This document shows, piece by piece, positions 42,901-59,012 of a DNA stretch of 64,000 bases. Each line of letters opens with the position of its first letter. Positions within the stretch are counted from its first letter, which is position 1. Source of the DNA: the human T2T-CHM13v2.0 reference genome, Homo sapiens. A program made the position numbers and the translations under genes. The DNA is taken from assembly GCF_009914755.1 (NCBI RefSeq), contig NC_060939.1; one strand, given 5' to 3'. Under the pieces are notes generated by a model that was given only the letters and a program-made list of their open reading frames with translations, ran no database searches and was not told where the DNA came from.

Positions 42901-45900
42901 CCCTCGAAATAGCTGCCCTAGAATATGTTGTCCTAACATCATCGCAGAGAAAGTGGACTAGAGAGCAGTAAAGGGGAAAGGCTGAGATGTCCAGGACACC
43001 ATGAAACTGCCTTGACATCTAAGGACAGCTTGGCATTGTCATAAGGGCCTGCTGGAGATGCAGCATCTTCACCCTAAAGGCTGATGTAGATGCTGAAAAC
43101 TGCAACCCCTCAGTAGCCTGCAGGGCCAAGTGTTCTCACACAGGTAAGTCTGTGACGTCCGAGTCACGCAAGGGGTGTCTTGCCTGGATTTAGAAGAGAA
43201 ACGTCCAGGCGGCCCTCAGCCCCTTTGCTGCTCCAATGCCTCTGGGTCAGATGGGGGTGCACTGGTAAGGCAAGACACATCCTGAAGTTCTCAAGAGCCA
43301 GCCCAGGGCTGCTACCCAGATTCCTGATGGGCTTGGCCATGGCATCCCTGCAAACCCTGCTCAGGAGAGCTTGGGGCTTCAGGGGTAGGGAACAACAATA
43401 TCAAAAAGCATGTGGGCCAGAATATGAAAATCCACAGGGATAGAAAGCACACTGGTGGTTACTTATGGCTGAAGGGGTAGTGGTGGGAAATGGGAGTGAC
43501 TAATAGGTATGGTTCTTCTTTTTTGGGGAGATGATGAAAATGTTCTAAAATTGACTGTGGTTGCAAAGCTCTGTGACTAACTGGATGACTTTAAATGGGT
43601 TGAATTCTATGGTATGTGAATTACATCTCTATCAAGTTGTAAGAGCAGCGGCAGCCAGCCATGCACACAGGGTGAGCCCTCTGCTCTCACCCCTACCTGC
43701 CACTGAGAGAGACCCTTTTCTGGTCTGTGGCAAAGGACAAGAGGTAGTCAGCTGTTCATGTGCATTGAGCCCTGAAGACCCTCTCTTGTCAGCTGAAGCT
43801 GTTTTTCAAAGTAAACTCTTAGAGACAATATATGTGGATGAGCGAGCACACAAATAAACAGATTTCAGTAAAACGCAGTTGGGGGTAGGGAGAGACAAAT
43901 GAAGGGGAAACTATGCAAGCAAACATGGCAGGACTGTTCCTGAGCCTGTATTCCAGGCCAGTACCTACACTGTGGAGATTAAAGAGCCTTTGGATTGACC
44001 GAGACCATCAGGATTAGAGCTCAGACTCCAGGAGTCCTAGGTCAGAATGTTATCTGCCTTGCCTTGAGTGATCTTACTGTGCAGTGTATATTTTTATAAG
44101 CTGTGTCCCCAGTTGTTTGGGTGATAAAGGAGCTCTTAAGTGGCAAATTCAGAGGGCACAGCCCAGTGTGCCATTTGAAAAGCAACACCAGTGAGCTCTA
44201 ATTGATACGGCCAAGGAAATCCTTTGCATGGGAAGCAAAGTCCTGCACAGATTGTCTGGAAACTGATGGCCAGCAGAGGGAGGTGGAGCCCAAACAACCT
44301 ACTGGACATGAGCTGTGTTTGCTGTGTCTCTGTGAGTAGCCAGAGCAACTATGGAAACTCTTTTGGTCACACACATGGAAAGCCTAATAAGAACATGCAG
44401 AGAGCAGACATTCCCAGTGGGGAATAATCACCGTAACTCACCCTTGTGTCTTGCTTTATAGTGCTTAAAACACCTCCATAAAACCTTATCATGTGATCCC
44501 CACAAAACTCAGGTGTGGTAGAAATAGGTATTCTTCCTTTTTTTTTTTTTTGTAGGTGAAACCCTGTCAGAGAGGTTAGGCAGCTTGCCTGCGGGCTGGT
44601 TAGTAGGGGACTTGGGCCTCCAGCTTCACTGGACCCTGGAAGCAGAGGGCAGCACCAGTGAAACATCATGGAAACTTTCCCCAGGATGGTGAAATGGGGG
44701 CAAGAGCTGAGGGAACGGGTGAAGTGGAGCTCAGAGAACTTGCACCCAAGGTGAACAGAACAGCAGCAGTTGGTCAGCCAAGCAGCAGGCCAGTTGTCAG
44801 CCAGATCCGTCTTGATGTGGCTGAAAGGACTGCAGTTTGGCCTTCCAGGAAAGTGGGCTGGATGGAAGTTGAGACAAAGGGAGTTCTGGCAGCATAGCAG
44901 ACAGCACACCCATGCTGGCCTGGGAAAGGGACTGGAGTAGTCCCATGTCAGGAAGGATGCAGGGGAGCATGGGATAGTTGTCTCCTTGTGTGTATCAGCT
45001 TTGAGAAGAAGCTGAAGGAAGCAGCTCACCCAATGGAAAAGGAAAGAGCGGGAGCAGAGGGCCTTGGCAAAGCCAGGTCGGGAAAGTCATTGGAGCCTCT
45101 CCCTGCCCCCGGTCTGCTTCTCTAGCAGAGCTGTCCAGGACAGAATCCTGCCATCCCATAGTCTGCTGCCTGGAGTCCTTCCTGAGTCAGTGAATAAAAC
45201 ATGGTGATGGACCTGTCTTCTCCAGGTGAAGCTCCACAGCTGCATCCCAGGAGAGATGGGAACCCTGGACAAGGTTGCCTGGGCCTGGGAGGGGTGGACA
45301 GCATCTCCTGAGCTAAGCCCCATTCATGAGTCACCTTACCAGGCCTCACAATAAGGGCGTGAGGGAGACACTGTTATTCTCTCTCTAGTTGACGAATGAG
45401 CAGCCTGAATCTCGGTGAGGTTAAGAGACTGGCCCAAGTCACCCCAACAGCAAAATGGTACAGCTGGGATTTGAGCCAGCACAGGGCCCCATGACAGCAC
45501 TGGAGGACATCGGGAGGTACACCTCCCGCTCCTCTGCAGGCACAGACTATGGGGAAACAGAGAACCATACCAGCTTTCGCTTTCTTTGACCCCACAAACA
45601 GCTATTTTGGTGTGATTCTAGACTATCTCAGTTCTTCTCTCCACAAGGTTTGTCTTCTCTCCCTTGTTCTGTTTTCCCTGTGATAGAGGCTAAACCTGAA
45701 CTAGAATGGTAGCTGAGAATTCTCGTTGAAAGAATGCATTTCGTACCCAATGATACTGGCATCGTCCTCTCGCTGGTCATTCACGCGCATGTGCACACAC
45801 TTTCCTGAGCACAGCCTCATCAGTTTTTATACTCACAGGAAGAGACACCCATCAACCTGACCCTTCCCTCCATGAAGCTCTCCCCCTGTACTGCAGCTTC

Positions 45901-46011
45901 AAAGGAACTGGTGGGAAGAGAGAAGCTGCGGCCTTGCGCCTGCTAGTTTGGTCAGTAGCAAAGGGCAATAGGTCTCTTTTCTGGAAGTTTGGCTCAAGAA
46001 TTTTGATTTCT

Positions 46012-46660
46012 ATCAGTATATGAAGAGATATCTGCACTGCCATGTTCATTGCAGCACTATTCACAATAGGCAAGATGTGGCATCAATCTAAGTGTCCATC
46101 AACAGGTGAACGGATAAAGAAAATGTGGTAGATATACATATATACATATTATTCAGCCATAAAAAGAATGAAATCTTGTCATTTGCAGCAACACGGTTGG
46201 AACTGGACGGTATTACGTTCAGTGAAATAAGCCAGGCACAGAAAGGTAAATATTGCATGTTCTCACTCACGCGTAGGATCTAAAAAAATTGAACTCATGG
46301 AGATGGAGAGTCGAATGATGGTTACCAGAGGCTGGGAAGGGTAGTGGGGAGTGGGGGATAAAGAGGGGATGCTTAATGGGTACAAAAATACAATTAGATA
46401 GAATGCATAAGACCCAGTGTTAGGTGGCACTATAGGGTGACTACAGTTAATTATAATTTATTGTATATTTCAAAATCGCTAAAAGAGTAGAATTGGGATG
46501 TTCCTAACATGAAGAAATGATAAATGCTTGAAGTGATGGATACCCTAGTTACCCTGATTTTATCATTACACATTGTCTGCTTGTATCAAAATATCACATG
46601 TACCCCACAAATATATACAACTATTATGTATCCATAATTAAAAATTAAAACTAAAAAAGG
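46012..46660 (+). mobile_element. L1MA-type 3' end
   Basis: ATGTTCATTGCAGCACTATTCACAATAG, GAAATAAGCCAGGCACAGAAAG, CATGTTCTCACTCA, and an A-rich end. Confidence 0.9.
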
Positions 46661-48499
46661 ATTTTTCTAAATTCTTTTAGAATTCTAAATTCCTAAACTT
46701 CTGTTATTGGCTGATCAGTTGGAGTTTTATTCCATCAGTATCCCTCACTTAAAAAAGACTCTCAATAGTTTGCCTCCAATAATTGGAGTGATATAGATGC
46801 TCTAGTTATTATGATGATTCCACAAAACAGTCAAAACAAAAAGCACATCTGATGAATTACATGCTTATTTTTACCTCATATATGCCTATTGTGAATTGTA
46901 AGTCTTAGCTTATCGACCTCATTTTTCTAATTAATAGATGTATATGTTACTTTATAGTATTTATAGTAATTGAGAGTTATAAAACAGAATTTCTTTAAAA
47001 AACCTACAATCTTGAGTTTTCACTAAGTCATCAGACATTTTCTCTAATTAATTTCAAATTAGTGAAGTTTTCCTTGTTTGCTTTTTTGGAAAGTTGTCTG
47101 TAGAATCAAACTGTAAATGCTATTCTTCCAATGACATGCATGATACAATTAGTTTCACAAGGGTCTCCCAAAAGCCCAAGATGAAAGCCCTTGGCGGCTA
47201 CTCTACCATGATATTCAAGGACCTTGACACCCTGACCTCAACCACATTTCCCATGTCACCTCCTACTACTACTGCCCACTCAATACCAATCATTCCTGCC
47301 ACACTGCTCAGAAGTCATTCCTAGATATGAACCTCCACATCCCTACTACTTTGCTCAAGATGTCTCCTACATCCAGAATGTCCTTCCTTTTCTCTTTTCC
47401 ATACAAAAAGATCCCTGTGCAATGAAGGTCAACCTCAAGCATCTTCTTTTCTGCTAAGCCTTCTCCATCCCCTCTCCCATCCAGGGAGAGTTGTTGTCTT
47501 TTGTGCCCACAGAGCACCTTCCCCACAGTATAATTAGTTAGTTACCTACCCATCTCTCTCACACAGTCTGTAATACTAGAACATGGATTATTTCCTTGGC
47601 ATACTCAGCACCCTTGTTGGGAAAGCAAGTTGGATGTGGCTCCATAGAAAATAGAGATGCAAGAGACACAAGTCTTTTAAGTTTTGAAAATGTGTGCATA
47701 GAATGAAGTTCCATGAGATAGCCTTAATCCCTTTACTGGATAGTGATTTTTGCAGTAGTTTAATGGCACCATGGGGAGATTTCTGAAATGTTATATCAGA
47801 AACATATGGGGATATATATGGGGAATATATGGGGATATATCTGAAATGTCACTGACTGGGAAGTCAGTAAAGGTTGGCTGAGTCCTTGGTATTGCCACCA
47901 CTCCTATAACTGGGTCTGAAGTGAGCTCAGGGACAGGTAAGGAGCAGACTAGAGCAACAGAGCTGGAGAAGCAGAAGGCACAGGGGAAACTAATTTGGGG
48001 TGGAACATTGAAATTAGTTGGGAGTAGGTAATCACCTCCCTTTACCAAGGTTAGGTGCCCAGGAGGGGCCACTGAGTACCAGAGGGCAGAGGTGTACTGT
48101 CTGCATCCGTCCTTGCTAAGTTTGGGTGGTGACTGGTCCATATTTGCCTTAGAGAGGAGATAAGGATCAGATTTATGGATAATGTCAGCAAATATCCAGA
48201 GAGTCTGTGTGGTAGAAACCTTAACAATAAATTAATGAGATGACTCCAGCAGAAGAGTCTTGAAGAAATTCAAATTCAAGGGATGAAAGACTCAAAGAAT
48301 GCTTTATAAATAAGGTGAAATGATATCCCATTTTGTTTCTTTTTCTTCTGGCAACTGCCAAGCCATTGGGCTTTTTGAGTAGGACCTCTGGCTATTATAG
48401 AGCCCTGGATCCATGGGTTAGGGTATCATTTCTCTCTCCTGGGCTTCAGGGCTGGCCTGCATTCTGCAGTGGGAGAGACTGGAAGGACCCTCAGAAGTT

Positions 48500-48830
48500 C
48501 TTAGTCTTCTCTGCAAATGGGAACCACTGAGAAACTTTAAAAGCACTCGTGCCTGGGATCCATCTCCAGAGATACTGATTTATTCAGTCTCGCAGAGGCC
48601 TAAGCCTGGGATTTTTGAAAGCTCCCTCGGTGATTCTAATACTTAGCCAAGGCTGAGAACCACTCCTCTAAATCAGTCTTCTCAAACTTAAATCACCTGG
48701 ACATCTTGTTAAGACGAAGATTCTGATTCGGCAAGCCAGGGTAGACTCTGAGATTCTGACCATCTAACAAGCTCCCAGGTGATGTCTAGCTGCTGGTCCG
48801 GGACTGCACTCTGAGTAACAAGGGCTGAGA
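48500..48830. mobile_element. MER5-type hAT-Charlie DNA transposon fragments
   Basis: CAGAGATACTGATT, AACAAGCTCCCAGGTGATG, GAGAACCACT. Confidence 0.7.
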
Positions 48831-49733
48831 GTCCCGAGCGTGAACTCCAGTAAAGGTGTGGCCCAAATACATCAACATCGCCTGGGAGCACAAAGGGGCG
48901 GCTTGTTCACAATGCACATTTTGGAACCTCATCCTATACCTACTGTCTCTGAGAGTGAGATTCACAAGCCGATATTTTGTTTTTTAATTAATTTTTTAAC
49001 GTGGAAAAAAATGAACTTTAATATGGCTTAAAAATACCACAAATCAAATCCAAAGACAAAAATTGAGAAGCAGTTGTAAAATACACAATAATTTCTTTAT
49101 ACAAATCACTCAGAAATAAAAGAACATCCAGGGCAAAGGATATGAACTCTGTGTCAGTTTATGAGAGAGAGAGAGAGAGAACATTTATTTTAATTTTTTG
49201 TCTGAGCTTGGCAAAGATTTAAAACCTTACTAATCCTCAATGTTGACAAGAATAAGGAGCAATAGGCACTTTTGATGGGAACATCAATTGGAACAACTGT
49301 TCTGAAAGATGATCTGCATTTATATCAATATTAAAATATATTTACTTTTGATCAAGTAATTAACACTTCTAGGAATTTATTCTAAGGCTATATTCAGGCA
49401 AGTGCTCAAAAATATAAGTACACATATTCATCATAGATCCTTTTATAGTAGTGAAAACTATAGGGAGTTAATCAATGAATTATGGTAAATTTGTGTGTGC
49501 AAAGACTTGCTTACCTATGACTACATCCCCAGAATCTAGCTCAGTGCTTGGTCTATATATGAACATTTATTGAATAAATGAACAAATAAATATAGTAGAA
49601 AATTCTATAGCCATTAAGAATGATGATGTAGATGTATATTTATTGCAGTGGAAAACTATTCATCCGATCTTACAAAAAGGACAAGCAGATGACAAAACTG
49701 CATAGATAGAATCATCTCATTTTTGCATAAAAA

Positions 49734-49770
<37 letters not shown>

Positions 49771-49947
49771 TGTGTATATATCTATGGAAAAAAGTTTAGA
49801 AGAATGTATACCAACATATAAATTGTGTTTCTTCCTAAATGGTGAGATTATAGATGTTGTTTGCATTCTTATTTATATCTTTAAGTAATGTCTGTTTTTT
49901 TTTACAATGAGCATGTATTAACAGATGTAATTTTGATAATCACTAAA

Positions 49948-50055
49948 TTTTTTTTTTTCATTTTTGTTCCATAGGTTATTGAGGTACAGGTGGTGTTTGG
50001 TTACATGAGTAAGTTCTTTAGTGGTGATTTGTGAGATTTTGGTGCACCCATCACA
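49948..50055 (-). mobile_element. Short L1PB/L1PA 3' end
   Basis: T-run, then GGTGTTTGGTTACATGAGTAAGTTCTTTAGTGGTGATTT..GGTGCACCCATCAC. Confidence 0.75.
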
Positions 50056-50409
50056 GGCAGATATTTTAAACAAGCTTCTCAGTAATTTGGATGCCCAATA
50101 AATTGGAGAGCCACTTGCTCCTAGGACAGTATTTTAGACCTTTCCAAGCTCAAGAGAATTACTCCATACTTTGGCAAAAACACAGGCTGACTAAATCAGA
50201 ATCTTAAGAGTGGCCTGGGAATCTGTGCTTTGAGAAGAATACCAGGTAATTCCTGTGAGTTCAGGTCCAGGAAAGCCTGCTTTGTGGGATCTTTCTGTGG
50301 GACTGGGCCCAGGTAACCCTCCTCTCTCCCCACAGTGAACTTGTACTTGTAAAACCCAGCTGCATTGATTGTCATAGACAACCTGGCAGAGGAAAAAAAA
50401 GCGAGATGT

Positions 50410-50809
<400 letters not shown>

Positions 50810-51399
50810 TCAGAGTAATGGCTGTGAGCTTTTTAGCGCTAATTGACAGGGCCTCCTTCATCTTGACTTGTCTGAATTTACTGCCAAGTGCCTAACATGG
50901 AAGGGAGGGAGCTGTGGGACTGAAGGGCATCCCTGTGGGCAAGTAAGTGTATCTCATGCCCAGAAAGAGGAAGAACAAGGTTTTTGTGCCACTCCTTATT
51001 ATCCACCGGGCTGGCTCCAAGAGATGAACTAAAGAACTGGAGGGTTTTTGTTGTTTTTGTTTTAATTTCTGCAGCTCCACACCCATGCTGTGACAGGAAC
51101 CCTATTAGTTTGTACTGGGCTTGTTTTAGGGTTGTTACATTTAGAGGATGTTTAAAGTGTTATTTTATATAATAAGACGTGGCATGAGTGCACACACACA
51201 TACGCATATAACAAACCCAAGCTGCATATTTTGGCGTGTGCTTATCAAGCTGTAACATGCATTAGAATCACTTCCAGGGCTTGTTAAAACGTGACAAGCC
51301 AGAGTTTCTAGCCAGAGTTTCTGATTCCATAGGATTTCTAACAAGCTCCCAAGTGATGCTGGGGCGTGGGTATGGCAGGTGGGGTGGGGAGAGAGAACT

Positions 51400-52190
51400 G
51401 CAAATGAATCTTAACTAAAACATTTTTAAGCAGGTTTGTTTATTTTATGGGTATGGGCAAAGCAATTTTGAAATGATTTTAGATGTATTACAGGATTGAG
51501 CAAATGAGTAAATATGTGTGTGAGAGAGACAGAGAGAGAGAAAGAGAGAGAGAGAGAGGTAGATTACTGGGTACCAGAGTTCCCACTGTGCAGGAAAAGA
51601 CATATAAATAGGGAATGGGGGAAGGCAGGGAAAAATCCTCTGAGGATATATTGCAATTGGAGGTGGAGGTACTGGTATGAACTAATGATTTTAGAAATAC
51701 GTACATGAGCACGTATATAAGCATGTTTATGCGTACATGGATATTATGTATGTATGATGTGTATACACATATTTGTATGTGTGTGTAAATAAATGTATAT
51801 GTATCTGTTTCCTGGCTTTGTCTGAGAGGGTAGAAAACCAAAAGTCACCCTAAAGCCATGAGCACACTTAGTGCCTAGGCTGTCTTGGACTCTAACATTT
51901 TTCCCCACCAGGATAAACCAGGGCTCATCAAAGAAGTGGCACATTCTAGGATTGGGGCAGAATATGTACCAAATGAGCTTGGAACATCTTATGATGCCAG
52001 AAAGTTAAAAAAAAATGTAAGCATTGTCATAGGGACACAGGAGTCAGAGGGAAAGGGCTCTCGTCAGTGAAATCTGGGACAATTTGAGCACCAAAATAGT
52101 TAAGTACAGTAATGAATTGTAAGCCACTGGAAAAAAAAGGAATGCCTGAGTCCACTCCAATCATAAATGGATAATGAGAGAGAAGGAAGG
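51400..52190 (+). mobile_element. L1MC-type fragment
   Basis: CCAGGGCTC..AGAAGTGGC..ATTCTAGG..GGGGCAG, ATCTTATGATGCCAGAAAGT, TGGGACAATTTGAGCA. Confidence 0.6.
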
Positions 52191-52418
52191 CTCTTGCAAA
52201 TATCCTCTCTCTCTATCTATATGTTGAATAAATGAATGCTATTCATGATATATTTGGGAAAGGACAGGGATGATGGAATTACCAGAGATTTTTTATTGTC
52301 TCCATTATTCTTTTATGTGTTTTCAAATACTCCACCATAAATTTAATAATGGGATTTTTTAGTTTGAAAAGTTACAAAGTAGTAGTATGTACCATCCCAT
52401 AGGGAAAAGATTGGAAGG

Positions 52419-52460
<42 letters not shown>

Positions 52461-52580
52461 GGTTATCTGTGTGGGGTGCTGTGGGTGATTCTTTTATTTT
52501 TTTTCTTTATTAGTGTTTTACCCTGCAGCTCCAGCTCAAAGGATGTATATAATACTAATAATTTGCAACAAGAAATGAAG

Positions 52581-52903
<323 letters not shown>

Positions 52904-52997
52904 AGAAGTTACCTTTTAAAAAAGCATTGGAATTAAAACATAAATTAAGAAATAAGATACAAGGTGCTTGAACATGGTAAGTATCAAACAAATGTTA

Positions 52998-53564
<567 letters not shown>

Positions 53565-53755
53565 CTACGCAGAGGGGTGGTCACCCTGTACTACTTCTCT
53601 TTTAATTTCATTACTCAGATAATTGCACTGGGCAGCATCTTCTAGGGAGGCAATTTTCTGGCCAAATAATTAAAAGAAGTAAGAGCCATTTAGTACTTTC
53701 CCTAGAAAGTTATCTTTTGGGAGATGGGAGAGGCCCTTGATTATTTTTAAAGAGG

Positions 53756-53789
<34 letters not shown>

Positions 53790-55169
53790 TAAAGAGACAT
53801 AGACTATCTCTTAAGAATATACAAGAAACTGGTAACAGGGGTTTCTTCTAAGGGAGGGGGACTTGGGGACTTAGGGAATATGATTGGGAGGAAAACTTGT
53901 TTTTTTCTGTATACATTTTCATGCTGTTCAAATTAAAATAATGATGTGCATTTAGTATATGTTCAAAATATTTATTAATTAAAAACAATTCTTTAAAAAA
54001 GTCTGTTGCTTATGGAACAACTGTGAAAATAACTAGATCGGAGGAAAGTAAAATGTGTTTTCTTATGAAAATATGCTTGCCATTAAACTGATTAGTTTCC
54101 ATCACAGATAGATTTGTAAGTGACTCAAACCAAGACTTTCCAACATTTGTCTGCCCCACCTACATGTCTGTGCTTCTGTCTACTCTGCTGTTCTCTTTGT
54201 TTATAGATAGACAGCTCTTGAGCTACCATTACTGGGGAGTTACTTTTGTTTCTCTAACAGCAGGGATGGATTTGGGCTAACCCCTTCCACTGGTTCTTCA
54301 GGGCTCCTTGTACCCAGGGAAGTGGCTGGATGGAATGTGAGTAACCATCACTGCCCACCAACACCGGGAAGTGAAAACTGGACCCAAAGGACCCACAATC
54401 TTCACCTCATTAGCATCGTGCTCACATCATGTCTCTCTCAGTAAGTAACAGGTTCCGGTGAGGCAGAAACAATCTAACTGATTGGATGCCTCAAATCTGT
54501 ACAGAAGCCAGAGAGCCCACCTATCGTAGGAATGTATTTGAGAGGGTGAACTATTCTGAAACATTCCATCTTTATATTGACATCCACATAACCACTCTGC
54601 AGTTAAAGGTATATCCAAGCACCCAGCTTCCCATGCCAGAAGCAAGGAGCCTGTTCCATTTCCATTTTCACTCTCCACCATGTCTACTCGACTTTAGAAA
54701 TAGCTCTCAAATTTTGCCACCCATTTTCTCCACCTTTGCTGACAATGACATATAATCAGACCCTCAGAATCTATTGCCACTTCTAGCTAGTCCCTTGCGA
54801 CTTTTCCTCCCATTATCTTCCTCTCCAGCATGCTTTCAAAAGCACAAATCTGACCATTTCATTCCACAACAGGTCACAACTTCCTTTGGGCTGCACCAAC
54901 ACACCAGGTCCTTTGTCATCTCCTTTCAGTCTCCTTTCCAGTTTTCCTGGCTGCTCCCACAGAACTTTATTTCTACCCAGATCAGAGACTTTGTCAGTAT
55001 TTATTTTCCTGCATGCTTCCTCCCTGTGAGCTCCTTCAGGATACAATAAACACCTCATTCCTCTTTCGTGCCCCTGTACTCAGCCTAGTGCCTGGCACAT
55101 AGGAGGCACCCGATCAGTGTTTGGGCGAATGAAGGAAAACAGACCTTTTGAGTGATGTAACATGGCCAT

Positions 55170-55340
55170 CAGTGGTGCTTCTCAGACTTTAATGGACACA
55201 AGAATTTCCTGGGGGTCTTGCTGAAATGCAGATTCAGGTTCAGTAGGTGTGGGGTGGAACCTGAGGGTCTACAGTTCTTACAAGTTCCCAGGTGAGGTCG
55301 ATGTTGCTGTTTAGGGAGCCACACTTTGAGTAGTGAGGAC
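55170..55340. mobile_element. MER5A-like DNA transposon
   Basis: GTGCTTCTCAGACTT..AATGCAGATTC..ACAAGTTCCCAGGTGA..CCACACTTTGAGTAG. Confidence 0.75.
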
Positions 55341-55987
55341 CTATAGAACATTAATAACTTTTTTAGATGGAGGAGCATGTTGAATCAATTATTCCTCTAA
55401 GGATCTTGAAGTTTTGAGTGAACTTTTGATTTCAAAAAGATCAAAAGAAGTAAAAGATTTTATAAACACACACAAACACACAGTTATACAGAGTAAGCTA
55501 CAGAGCTATAGGTTATTCCAGAAGTAAGTAGGAAAAGGGAGTAAAAATAAGAGTCATCTACCCTTAAATTCTCAATACCATTATTCTAATTTGCCACTTG
55601 AATTTATATTAGAATCACCGGGGAAACTTTTTAAGCAGCACATATTCTCCCCCCTTCTCTCCCTCCAATCTGATTTGCTCTTCTAGAGGAATAGGACACC
55701 CTCAGTCCATGGCTCCCTACCACTGAAAACCACAGCTTTGGAGAATGCTTTTGTAATTGATGGCAATGTTTTGTGTCACTCAGCTGTGCTGGGAAAGAAA
55801 CAAGCTTTTAGCTTCATAGTAATTCTGATCTAAGAGCTCTTCTGCAAAAGGAGTTTAGCCAGGGCCCCCACGCATGCTGTTGTTCCCTCTTCCTGGAAAC
55901 TTCTTCCTCCATTTCTGTCCCAAGTCCTACTCATCCTCCAGATCTTCAAAATTGTCCCTTCATCACACCTTAAACTCCTCCTTCCTG

Positions 55988-55991
<4 letters not shown>

Positions 55992-56051
<60 letters not shown>
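55992..56051. repeat. (CA)n + A-run microsatellite
   Basis: About (CA)20 followed by about A20. Other CA/TG tracts lie at about 49738, 52422 and 53756. Confidence 0.95.
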
Positions 56052-57394
56052 CATGTAAAGTTATTTGTTCTCTTCCCTGCTAGACTGTGAGTTCCAAAGA
56101 AAAATTGTGTTGTACATTCCATTCCCGGTCCTGAGCACGGAACTTGCTACAGCAGGTGCTCAAATGAGTGAAAAAATTAACTCTTTTTTCCATATTTAAT
56201 GAAATTCCCTCTTTTACTTATTTTATCCTCCCGTCCAAAAATGGCTGAATATAATTCCTATGAGAGCTGATATTTAGTATGGGGCTAGAACCTGCTTAAA
56301 TGACAATAGAGTATGTCTTGAGGTTTGTTTGGTCTGAATTGCTTGGGTTGAGGAATCAGACAAAAACAATGTTTCTACCTCCTCAATGTTAAAAATAAAT
56401 AATAATCACTGCCTACCAAACAATATGTATCATATATGTAAGATATGAAGCACAAAAACAAAATGAACATCTATGAGTCCACCACTCAATAAAAGAACTA
56501 GAACATTAGTTGCCTTGTGAAGCTACAGGGTGTTCTTGCCTCTTATCTCCCTGCCTTCCCCTATCCTCTAAATTTATGTTTATTACTCATTTTTTTAAAA
56601 ATAGTTTTTATATATCATGATTTATTTATGCATTCCTTGTCAGTGAACGTTTAGGCTTTTTCAGTTTTTCTGCTCTTAGGAACAATGCTGCCAAGAACAG
56701 TCTTTGCATGTCTCTAAGAGCATTTATGAATTTACCTATAATATATGCCAAAGGGTAGAATTGCTAGATATATGTAGGTCCAGGTTGAGAAGATGATGCC
56801 AAGTCATTGACACTATGTTTTTGTAGTGAAGGTGCCAATTTACTTTCGTTTCCACCAGTAGTGGCTAAGAGTTCCTAATGACCCATATCCTTGCTAACAG
56901 CTTGTCTTACTAGAACACAAGCAATGGAATCTCAAGCTGCAGCACTTTGGGGCCAGAAGGCAGAGCTCCTGCCTGGATAGGTTATTTCCTCCTGACCACC
57001 TGACAAGGGACTGGCCCCCTGAGGCTTACACTTTGTTGAGACCTGAAACTGCAGACAGAGCACTAAACTTAGAAGAGACTAGGGCCCCAACTAAGCTTCC
57101 CCATGGATAGATACATAGTCATCATAGAAGGCAATCAATCATAGAATGTGACACCTGGAAGGGACCCTAAAGCCAAATCCTTCATTCTACATTTATTGAG
57201 ACTGAGGCCCAGAAAGGTTAAATTACTTGACAATGTCTAAGAGCTAATTACTACAGAAATCTTCCTCTGGGGCACTTTATTCTTAATCCAGAGAGGGTTT
57301 TCTTTTTTTTTTTTTTGTAACTGAAGATGGTGTAATACGATCCATTACATTAATAATGACTGTAAATATTCAAATAACTGACTAGTTTATTTAA

Positions 57395-57694
<300 letters not shown>

Positions 57695-58981
57695 GACCAG
57701 TTTATTTAAAAAAAAAACTTGTTTAACTTAAGTGGCATGAATTTGATAACTTTCATTTCTTTGGTTATAAAGACGGGTGATATTATTCGATGGGATAAAG
57801 AAACCAAAATTATAGTTTCAATATGCAAATTTAACTCTCCTAAGAGACACTGGTCGCCTGGGGGATAAACAGTCCCCAATTATCTGATTGATCATTCTTG
57901 TCCTTGGATCATTCCCCATACCCACCAGGCAAATACTAGGTGCCTCCTTAAAAAGCCATTTTTGTAAGGAAAACTTTAAATTCATTAAATTTAAAATCAT
58001 CTTCCCCTTAGGAGCACTCATAATTAGGCTATACTAAGACTCTGGGAACGATCTATGGAGATATGGCAAACTAGCCTCCGTGACTTGACGGTTTCTAATC
58101 CACATGCGAATGTGGAAAAATGCCAAAAAGAGACCAATCTTCAGCAGAGGTACTTAGCGCTCTCCAGAGTATGCATAATAACCGAGTGTGGTATATAAGT
58201 CTAGGGCAGAGGCATCTGTCTCCATCCATCAGACAGTAAATGTGGAGCTGGGGAGGAAAAGGAGTGCTTCCTAACAGGATGGGTGTTGGTGTGAACAAAG
58301 GGGGCTTTTGAAGCCTGTAGTGGAAATTTTCCTTCTGGAGCTGTGTCCTTCAGGAATTCTCTTCCTCCCTATCCCTTCCCATCTGCCTGGTCCTCTCTAC
58401 ACCAAGTCCTCTTTTACCATTTAAACAAATCTTTTGGTTTAACAACGTCTGCAGGCAGATGCTAAAAGCTTTCTGTGAGGCAGCCCTTTTTTAATGTCAG
58501 GATGAAACTCAGGAGCTGTTTATTACTCTGGGGTGGGGGGCTTGGAGGGAAAGAACACCAAGTAATTTTGTGCAGGAATGCTGACCAAACAGTACTGAGG
58601 TACTTCTGGTTCCAGTTTTCCTCCTAGCAGTCATTTTAATCAGCACTTCCCCCTTTTAATGAGCTGGTAGTGCCATTACATAATCACCCAGCTCACTGGA
58701 TTAATGATGAAAAGAGGAACTGATTTTTCCAGTTGCATCATTTGAAGTAAATGTTAACTTTCTTTCTGAGTCCTTAGTTAACAGCATTAGTGTGACAAAT
58801 ATGTCTTTGTCTAGCATAAGTAATTAGAATTTAATCACTTTAACTGCATCTTAATTACCCCAAATGAATTGAAAGGACATTTAATAGCAAAGATTAAATT
58901 GCCTTAATGAACGATTTTTGTGACTCCATCAATACTCGAATCGCTTTAGCCACTCCTCTCACGCACTTCAGTCGCAGAATC

Positions 58982-59012
58982 TGCAGCGAGCACAGAGGTC
59001 ACTAGGTGGCGC
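58982..59012 (+). promoter_or_regulatory. CTCF site (core + upstream motif)
   Basis: Core GGTCACTAGGTGGCGC (58997-59012) preceded by TGCAG at the usual spacing, in a local CpG-retaining patch. Confidence 0.7.

Noticed and set aside
44367-45029. 220-aa minus-strand ORF in the intron
   Set aside because: No recognisable domain, Cys/Pro/Ser-rich noise-like composition, and it overlaps a MIR-like segment.
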